Positions 54,770 through 64,000 of a DNA stretch of 64,000 bases are shown here, piece by piece. Source of the DNA: Eledone cirrhosa (taxonomy: Eukaryota). Numbering within the stretch: position 1 is the first letter of the stretch; each line of letters opens with the position of its first letter. The notes under the pieces were generated by a model, which had not been told where the DNA came from, did not search any database, and saw only the letters and a list, made by a program, of their open reading frames with translations. Location of the stretch: contig OZ024740.1 of assembly GCA_964016885.1 (NCBI GenBank), forward strand, positions 212,474,001-212,538,000. Reading direction: 5' to 3'. The position numbers and the translations under genes are program-made.

Positions 54770-57385
54770 TCTTTCTTTATTTTCCACAAGGGCATACACA
54801 AAATGGGACAGTACAAGACGTGATGGTGGTGGAGGGGGTTACATAGAAATTGTGTAAACTTTAACATTAATAAATTAAAATAAACTATATATTAAAATGA
54901 AATAACAATCGAAATCCCCAATAAGGGGAACATTACTGAGGGGTTGTTTTTACATCCAATAGATAGAACAACCCTCAACACCAGGAGCATGTTTTGTAGG
55001 TGTTCCCGCCTTCCCTCTTTTGTCTTCCTCAACATACAGGTTTATATACAGAGAAGGCCCATTCACTCGGGCCATTTTTGCCACATTCACCCACCTTTCA
55101 GCGAATTTTCTGGGGTGCAGCACCTCTCCCTCCACTTTCACCTTCCTTCTGAAGTAATATTTAAAGAAGGGGATGGGTTGTTGTCCGGAGAGGAAGGTGT
55201 TTTCCCTCAGTCCTTTCAACCTCATCCACCATATTACGTCTTTCACTATAGCCACCAGACAGAGGAAAACCGCCTCTCTTTCATTCTTAAATAAGGGTGT
55301 CCGTGCCTGTAGATTTTGTCATGAATTGGTAGAGCTCCTCAATAGCACTGCCAGGCCAGAGACCTCTGGAAGTTATCCATAGGCCCTAGTCAGAAAGTCC
55401 TCCGAAACAGACTGGTTAGTTCATCCTCTTCAATGCCTAGAGTCTCCCCAAGAATGTCATCAAATTTATCCTCCACTAATCCCCTATAGAATGTTTTGAT
55501 GTGGAGTCTCCGCTGATTGCCGTTTCTGCTTGGTAGAGGGCTGTGAGTGCCTGAACACACTCAAGATGCCAGGCGCCCATCTTTGGTTTTCGCTTGACCC
55601 AGGATTGCAGCTCCATTAGCGAGATAAGTTGTGGAAAAGCTTCGCTCACAAACGACAACCACACCAGTTCACCGGTCGAGAATACCTGGACATGGTGTAG
55701 CCTCAGTGTGTGTTTGCGCATCATCAGCCACAGCTTGCCCAGCCCTCCGTTGGAAAGGTGTTGGCAGCAGATGGATCTCCTCACTAATGGAGCCTGTTTC
55801 TTCCAAAGGAACTTGAAGAGTGGACGTTCCATTTTGGTGAGGTGATCACGGGGACAAGGCATGACTATCAAGTGGTAGTAGATGATGGACACTATGTAAT
55901 TGTTTGCCACCTCCACTCGACCATTTAGAGTTTGCACACAGCCCACTTCTGGGTGAGTGCAAATACCTTTGCCATGACCTCATTCCAGTTTTTGTCCACC
56001 TGGAGTTCTGGACCAAACCAGACCCCAAGCAATTTCACCGGTCCTTCCATTCAGTATCCAACGACACTGTCGGACGGAAAGGGTTTGCCTCTCCATGAGC
56101 CAAGTTGCAAACCAACAGACTTGTTCAGGTTAAGTTTTGCTCCTGTCAACGTTTCGTATTCCTGTAATAAGTTGCCAATTACCCCAAGTTCCGAGGTTTC
56201 AACACTATTATGGTCACGTCGTCTGCATAAGCCGATGCTACTTTCCACAATCCTGGTTCCATCAAGATGCCCCGCAATAGCTCCAGCTTCTGCAGTAGTG
56301 GCTCAAGAGTCAACACATACAGAATGGAGGAGAGAGGGCATCCTTGACAGATGGAACATATGATTTGGAATTACTCCAATAGGTAGCCATTCACCTTCAC
56401 TGCCGAACAGATGTTGCTGTGCATGGCAGTGATCCAGCCTCTGAAGATGGGACCAAAACCAACCGTCTTGAGAACTGCTTCCAAGTATTGACAGTCGACC
56501 CTATCAAATGCCTTAGATTGATCTAAATTGATCAGATACCCACCGAAGCCAGGTTTACACCCTACCCTCTCTATGATGTATCGCATGAGGTGGAGGTTGT
56601 CGTGTATGGACCTGGTTGGGATTGCACACGCTTGTGTTCCCCACCAGGTTCTCGACGACAAGCACCGGCCTCATTGCTAACACCTTCAACTTTGTGTTGA
56701 GCAGAGTTATGGGCCTGAAATTGCTTATGTTATCCTCTTTGTTCTCATCTTTCCTGATCAGCATTACTACACCTCTGCTTACAGAACTGGGAATTCTTGT
56801 GTTCTGCTGCCAGTTGCAGTAGACTGTTTCGAGGACGTCAGAGAACAAGTCTGGCATACCTATGTAAAAAACACAGGGTAAACCATTTAAACTGGGTGAT
56901 TTGCATTTCCCACAGTGGCCTAGGGCGTCTTCTATTTCACCCACTGTGATCAGCCTTTTGCAGCTCTCCGCACCCGTGTTCGAGAGTCATGGTAGGCCGT
57001 CGAGGTAGGAACTAAAGTCCATCACCATGCTCGACACACCGCTCTGCCCAAACAGTTGTTCAAAGTGCTGCTGGAAGGCCGTGCACATCCGCTTGGATTG
57101 AAGTAGTAAGCGTCCGTATTGGTTTTACAAAGATCGAATTGTGGATTTGTTGAAAGAGCACGATGGCCCCCGTCAACTGGCATTTAACTAAAGTGCTAAT
57201 CCGTTTACTGTAGGCTTTACACGTCAAGAGCGACATGTTTAGCTTCCAATACCCTGGTCCTTGTTTATGTGTTCTATCAAGGTCACTAATTTGTGGTCTG
57301 AATAGGCAACCATGTACATTTGTGAACAGTTTAACGATTCCCTATCATTTGTTTTCTAATTAGAAATATATCTAAATACGTTCTA
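54770..57385 (-). mobile_element. Decayed Tx1/L1 ORF2 copy
   Basis: Fragments homologous to 49300-52440 (IHDNLHLMRYIIERVG, RVNGPSLYI). Confidence 0.9.
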
Positions 57386-57389
57386 GAAC

Positions 57390-59348
57390 TTACTTGTACT
57401 TGTGTCGACATTCACCCTGGATGGATTGAGCCGGCTTCTTCCCTTGTCCTGATGGCATCCCGAACCATGGCAGCCCACGCACGACGGACCCGGGCTAGGT
57501 CATTGGAGATAGCGAGCCAGTCACGGTTCCATCGGCGCAGGCCGGCCACCTGCGGACCTGAGAGTTCGGAGAGGTCCTCCTTGATCGTTGTTGCCCAGGT
57601 CTTCAGCTGCCCGCTAACGCGCCTGCGGCAGTTAGGGAGTGGAGGTGGGAGGAGAACATCGCGGATCATCTCACCCTCAGGGCGCCGGGATGTGTGACCA
57701 AACCATCTCAAACACTGTTGCAGAAGCACTGAAGGAAGGGGTCGAAGATTCAGGCAAAGACGAAGACTGGTGGTAGGTACCCGATCAACGCGTCGACAGT
57801 GAAGAATGTGGCAGAGACAGTCATTGTCGAAGAACTCCAGCCCTCGTTGATCGACTACCCTCACAGGCCATGTTTCACAGCCATAGAGGCGGATAGTGCG
57901 AACGACAGCCTGGTAGATTCGCCCTTTGGTCGCCGAGGTGATCTCTCTTCTGACCCACAGACACCGCTGGAGGCGCCCAAAAGCGGATCTGGCAGCACCT
58001 ATGCGACGCTTGACCTCGGCTGCACCCTGTCCCATTGGACCCACTGTTGATCCCAGGTAAATGAAGGACTCCACATCCTCCAGGTCCACGCCCTCAAGAT
58101 ATATTGGTTGCCAGGCATTAGGCGAGACCAGTGAAGTCATGACTTTCGACTTGGCGGCATTGATTCGTAGACCAAAAGCGGCGGCTGCAGTGTGCACCCT
58201 TTCGAGAGCACCTTGTACATCTGTCCCGTTAGCGCCCATCAGCATAGACCAGGTCCATCACCATGACCCCTCTCCCTACTTCTATGCCCAGGTAATCCAG
58301 GAGCGCTGTGTCGAGTGTAGTCAATGGCGTAGTTAAAGAAGTTGGCGATAGCGCACACCCCTGCCGAACACCGGTCCCATCATCGAACGACTCCGTCTCC
58401 CCACCATAGACCCTCACTTGAGCACGAGTCGACCGGTAGTAGCCTTGTATGAGACAAAGCAGCTTCACTGGGATGCCGTCCGCCTACATTATACGCCATA
58501 GGGCTTCCCGATCTACCGAGTGGAAGGCAGCTGCAAAGTCGATGAAGCAGAGGACGGTAGGCTGTTGATGTGCCCACCGTTGTTCCAGGACACGCCAGAG
58601 AATGAAGATTTGATCAACGCACCCTCTCGCTGGACAGAAGCTGCCCTTAGAAGGACGGGTACGGACATCACGGATGACCTGGAACCTCTTCAGCAGAAGA
58701 ATTGCGAAGGTCTTGGCAGCAACGTCAATTAAACTGATACCCCTGTAGTTGGAACACAGTTTCCTGTCGCCCTTTTTGAAGAAGGGTAGGAGAGTTGCCT
58801 CGCTCCAGTCACCAGGGAACCACTCCGTCGCCCACACCGAGGAGAAGACTCGATGGAGCCAAGCTGTGAAGACATCAGGCTCGGCCTTGTAGACCTCAGC
58901 TGGAATGCCATCCTCGCCCGGCGCCTTGTTGTTCCGGAGATGTGTTAGGACACCACGTACCTCCTCGACTGTTGGAGGGGCAGTGCTGCACTCGTATTCT
59001 TCTCCGGAAGGCTGCACATAGGTTGGCGTGGATGTTGGCGGGTCATTAAGACTGGTAATGACCGCCCCGTTCCAATCACGCATCGTCTCGCTGATACCCG
59101 TACTGCTTCGGCTGGCCCGCTTCACCAGTTGGTAGAGCTTGCGCAAGTCACCACAGGCTGCTGCCCTCTCCGTCTGCTCCACAAACTCACGCCAGTGTGC
59201 ATTCCGATCGGCCCAAATAGCCCGAGATGTGCGACGTCGGAGATCTCGAAGAGTGGGTGCACCCTCGAGTCGGGCCACTCTCGCCCTCTCCACGAGTTCA
59301 AGAGTGCTTCGGGTCAACCCGAGATGCTCCCTGGCCACCTCAACCATC
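57390..59348 (-). mobile_element. RTE-clade LINE, GC-rich, (CAAGTA)n tail, frameshifted
   Basis: KAPGEDGI, NYRGISL, GVRQGCALSP, FIYLGS, LYGCETW, RWFGH. Confidence 0.9.
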
Positions 59349-59419
59349 TAATAATGTGGAAACATCTAATAATGTGGAAAAATACAATTTTAAAATAAAA
59401 AGAATGCAAAATTATAATA

Positions 59420-59726
59420 CAGGGTGAGTCATAAGTAACCGGGGTGGGGGGGAAGTCACGTATTTTCATAGCAAGATTCACAGATAAGGTTAGGGTGAGT
59501 CATAACTAACCGGGGGGGGGGGGGGTAGTCCTTGTATTTTTATAGCAAGGTTCACAGATGACCTTTTGAACATCCACTTATTTGTGTGTGATCAGCCATA
59601 GTTATATTGTTTTAACTACTTTGTTTTGATGTATATATCATTTTATAATGTATAACCAGAAATTTGGTAAATATTATCATTTGGAATATAAATGTTGTCC
59701 TGCCTGATTACTTATGACTCACCCTG
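59420..59726. mobile_element. Tc1/mariner MITE
   Basis: Perfect 19-bp TIR CAGGGTGAGTCATAAGTAA, TA on both sides. Confidence 0.9.
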
Positions 59727-59757
59727 TATAAAGAAAAATATATAAAATATAACTTAC

Positions 59758-59842
59758 GCTGAAATTTCAATGTTATAATTGCAACAAATGATATTGTTCC
59801 ACATATAACAAATATCATACACAGCTTCTTAAATGATATCAT
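59758..59842 (-). CDS. HtrL/WlaTC-like gene, first coding exon (signal anchor)
   Basis: TTTTTAG acceptor, AAAAATG start, MISFKKLCMIFVICGTISFVAIITLKFQ (basic tail plus hydrophobic helix), donor C|GTAAGT, phase 1. Confidence 0.72.
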
Positions 59843-60724
59843 TTTTCCTAAAAAGATAATGGAAAAATGTTGACTAGGGTTGAAATTCAATCTTTAAAAG
59901 TAAGGACATTGAAGATAATGTAGACCTCATAAACTTTCACTGAAAATATGAATTACTCATTACTTAAATAGTTAATCATAAACAACAACAACAAACATGG
60001 GAAAAGAAAATCAGTTGTGGAGATGAATGAATAGACAAAGTGTTGAAGATGGGGTATGTGAAGTTTCAGATTTACTAGAAATGATGAGAGAAGGTGATGT
60101 GGTGTAGAGAAGGTTTGTAACTTGATAGATTAAACATAGAGACACTGTTAGATCATCATCATCACACCGTTTTCTGCCAAGAGTTGTAACTGGTAGATAG
60201 TATCAGCAATGGAAAGACCAATGGAAACATATTTTCCCAGGTGCCATTAGACAAGTTCCATACCTCTCAGTAAGTGAGTGACGTCTGGGATCTTGTCAAT
60301 CTATTTTCCCTTAAGTATGTTTTTTTTATACTAATACCAGCTTTAACCCTTTAGCATTTAAACTGACCATATCCAGCCAGAATTCTCTCACCTCTTGCTG
60401 TTCAAACTGGTCATAACCGGCCACTCATACTGACATTAAGGTATTGTTCTCAAAATAAATAACATCAAAAACTTGTAGATTCGGTATTATGTGAGATAAT
60501 TATGTAACACATAATTATTTACCACAAAAATACAATATATAGAGTAATGTAAATGCTAAACAATTAAACTGCAACATGCTAAAACCTTTACATGTAATAA
60601 TATTTAAAATGTATATCACGAGTGGATTCTTATATGAACAATATTTAATAAATGTTTTGGTATAATATACTCTTGGCACTTAAATTATCGTCCCCACATC
60701 CCACTTATTCATTTTTCAACTGTA

Positions 60725-61062
60725 TATCTGTCAGTGTATGTGTGTATGTATGTGTGTGTATGTATACATGTTTGTGTGTATGTCTACGTATGTGTGCATA
60801 TGTGTATGTATGTGTATGTATGTGTGTGTATATATGTATGTGTGTGTGTATGTGTGTGTATGTGTGTGTATGTATGTGTGTATGTGTGTATGTGTGTGTG
60901 TGGGTGTGTATGTGTTTGTATATGTGTGTATGGGTATGTATGTTTGTGTATATGTGAGTGTGTGGGTATGTATGTGTGTGTATGTGTATATGTGTGTATA
61001 TGTGTGTATATATATGTGTGTGTGTATGGGTGTGTATGTGTGCGTGTACATGTGTATATATA
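60725..61062. repeat. (TG/TA)n microsatellite, one of dozens of (TA)n, (CA)n, (TATC)n and (TAA)n tracts
   Basis: Direct inspection. These tracts produce the YI/CV/HT pseudo-ORFs. Confidence 0.95.
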
Positions 61063-61067
61063 TGTTT

Positions 61068-64000
61068 CTATTTATTGCCACGAGGGTACAAAAGAAGGGG
61101 ACAAATACAAAGGGGGGAGTTTACACAAAAGAACGAGTAAAAAAACAAATAACAAATATAAAATTTACAATAAAGTCCTCAATAGGGAGGAGGCGTTTTG
61201 GGGGGTCGCACACACCCCCGAAAAAGTGTGCAACCCTTCTCCTCAGGAGCACAGAGAGAGGGTGCTCCCTTGTTCTTCCATCTTTTTCACCTACAGGCTG
61301 ATATAGAGAGAAGGCCCATTCACACGAGCCATTCTCGCCCCTTTCACCCACCTTTCATAAAACTGGCTGGGGTGGAGCACCTCTCTATCCATCCTGATCC
61401 TTCTTCCGAAATGATATCGGAATAAAAGGACCAGTTGTTGGCCAGAGAGAAAGGTGTCTGACCTCAGTCCTTTCAAACGCGTCCACCATACAACCTCTTT
61501 CACCATGGCTATTACGCACAGAAACACAGCCTCTCCTTCATTTTTGAAGGGGGGAGGCGGCTTGATTGTTATAATGGACTCGGTGGTCAACCGGATAGGT
61601 CCCACCCGTGACAGCAGTCGTTCTAAATAGCCCCACAGATCGGCGACGCCCGGGCAGTGTACCAATGCATGCGCGACGGTTTCCTCGTCGCGCACGCATC
61701 TGGGACAGATCTTTTTCGAGGGGCCCCTACCCGGACGCCTGTGTCTATAGGGTTTTTCTCGAACAGGCAGAGCCCCTCGGTAGCACTGCCAGGCCAGGGA
61801 CCTCTGGAAGTTGTCCATGGGTCCCGGGCTAAATGTCCTACCGAACAGGCTGACCAGTTCGTCTTCCTCCATGCCTAGGGCTTCTCCGAGGGCGTCGTCG
61901 CACCTACTGCGTACCAGCCCTCTATAGAATGTCGAGGTGGAGTCTCCACTGATAGTCGGGTCCGCCTGCCAGAGAGCCGTGAGCACCTGGGCACACACGG
62001 TGTGCCAGGCGCCCGGTTTTCTCGGTCTTTGCTTGACCCAGGATTGCAACTCGGTGAGTGAGACGAGTCTCGGAAAGGTTCGTCTCACAAACGGGGCCCA
62101 CACCGGTTGACCGGTGAGGAATACCTGGAGGTGCCGTAGCCTTAATGCGTGTTTACGCATCATCAGACACGGCATCCCCAGCCCTCCTTTTGAAGGGTGT
62201 TGACAGCAGATGGATCTCCTCACCAAACGGGCCCGCTTCTTCCAAAGGAATTGGAAGAGTGCGTGCTCCTTTTTGGTAAGCGTTTCCCTTGGGCAAGGCA
62301 CGACAGTCAGGCGGTAGTAGATGACGGACGCTATATAGGTGTTCGCCACCTCCACCCGACCTTCAGGGATAGTTTGCACTCAGCCCACTTCTGAGTTAGT
62401 GCAAACACCCTGTTCGTTACCTCACCCAGTTCTTCTCCATCTGGAGGTATGCTCCGAACCAGACCCGAGCAACTTCACCGGGCCCTCCGTCCAGCGTCCG
62501 ACGACGCAATCGGAGGTTATCGATTTGCCCCTCCACGTGCTGAGTTGCAACCCGATCGACTTGTCCCGGTTCAGCTTAGCCCCTGTAAACCTTTCGTACT
62601 CCTCCAGTAAGGTGCCGACCGCCCCGATTTCCGAGGCGGTCGACACCATTACTGTTACGTCATCGGCGTAGGCCGACACCGCTTTCCGCAATCCCGGTTC
62701 CAAAGGGATGCCCTGCAACAACTCCAACTTCCGCAGCAGTGGCTCGAGAGTCATTACATACAGAAGGGGGGAGAGAGGGCACCATTGTCGGATGGACCGT
62801 GTGATATCGAATGGCTCCGAGAGGTAGCCGCTCACCTTGACCCTAGAGCAGATGCGGCTGCTGTGCATGGCAGGGATCCAGCCCCTGAAAACGGGTCTGA
62901 AACCTGCCGCCGCTAGCACCGCATCCAGGTAACCATGGTCGACCCTATCGAACGCCTTAAATTGATCCAAGTTAATCAGGGCCCCACCAAAGCTGGGTTC
63001 GTTCCCAACCCTCTCTATGATGTATCGCATAAGGTGTAGGTTGTCGTGGATGGACCTGGACGGGATAGCACATATCTGCGCATCTCCCACCAGGTTGCCC
63101 ACGACAAGCGCCAACCTCTTTGCTAACAGCTTGGCCAAAATCTTTAACTCTGTGTTTAGCAGAGTTATGGGCCTGAAATTACTTATTTCGTCCCCCTTGT
63201 TCTTATCCTTCCTCACTAGCGTGACTACGCCCTTGGTCACAGCACAGGGAATTCTCCCGTTCTGTTGCCAGTTGCAGTAGACCGCCTCGAGGAGATCGGG
63301 GAACGAGTCCGGTATAGCTAGATGTAGTTCATATGGAAGACCATCGAGACCCGGGGATTTGCGTTTGCCGCATCGGCTCAACACGTCCCCTATCTCAGCA
63401 GCTGAAATCGGCCCCTCGCAGGACTTCGCCTCCTCGTCTGAAAGACGCGGCAGGCCGTCGAGGTATGGACTGAAGTCCACATCCCCATCCCCCCCCCCCG
63501 CCTCTCCCGAACAATCGGGTAAAGTGCCTTTGAAAAGTCATACACATCTGCTTAGGTTCAAGGATCACCCGTCCATCCTGGTCTCGCAAAGACCGGATAG
63601 TGGATCTGCTCCCTCTTTTTGGCTTCTGTCACGCGGGCCCAGCTAACAGCTTTGGTCCCCTCGTTTCCTAGAGGACGTATTTTGCTTCGGACAACGCAGC
63701 CTTCGTGCTTCGCGTCAAAGAACTGGCCCAAGGCCGTTCTCGACGCTAGCACTCTGGCCACGCCGCCGCTTCTAATTGCCTCTTCTACACTATCTACCAA
63801 CTCCCTTTCCTTCCTATTTCTATCTGAGGCTAACTCCTTACTAAATTCTATAGAGACTACTCTAATCTCTCTTTTGAGAGATCCCCACCTCCTGCTGTTG
63901 ACGATCGCTCCCGTCAACCGCTCCTTAACTAAAGTACTAATCCGGTTCCTGTACACTTTACTTGCCGATAAGGACAAGTTCAGTTTCCAGTAACCGGCTC
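61068..64000 (-). mobile_element. Tx1/L1 copy closely related to 46650-52444; runs off the window; several frameshifts
   Basis: ORFs 61291-62379, 62422-63480 and 63558-63977 are near-identical to ORF2 segments. Same 3' UTR. Confidence 0.93.

Overview
AT-rich, repeat-dense metazoan DNA. The (TA)n/(TG)n load and the SINE families suggest an octopod cephalopod (inference). There is one host gene, on the minus strand: three phase-compatible coding exons (59842-59758, 53723-53662, 44925-43990) encoding a 360-aa type II membrane protein of the HtrL/WlaTC glycosyltransferase-like family. The rest is mostly mobile DNA: several Penelope-like elements (PLEs), a nearly intact Tx1/L1-clade LINE plus three relatives, an R4/Dong-type LINE in (TAA)n, two RTE LINEs, two Helitron derivatives, a mariner fragment, MITEs and SINEs. 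The striking layer is non-coding. More than a dozen unrelated short elements sit in (TA)n tracts as fold-backs or tandems and carry hammerhead ribozyme (HHR) motifs. Two families have a compensatory U3-A8 core, and two are retrozyme-like tandems with periods of 593 and 487 nt. The top candidate for novelty is a 70-nt motif present in two diverged, covarying copies (3445-3515 minus, 20967-21037 plus). It contains all three hammerhead core strands in a reversed, pseudoknotted order, joined through a box C/D-type kink-turn. All RNA structures were folded by eye and none has been tested.
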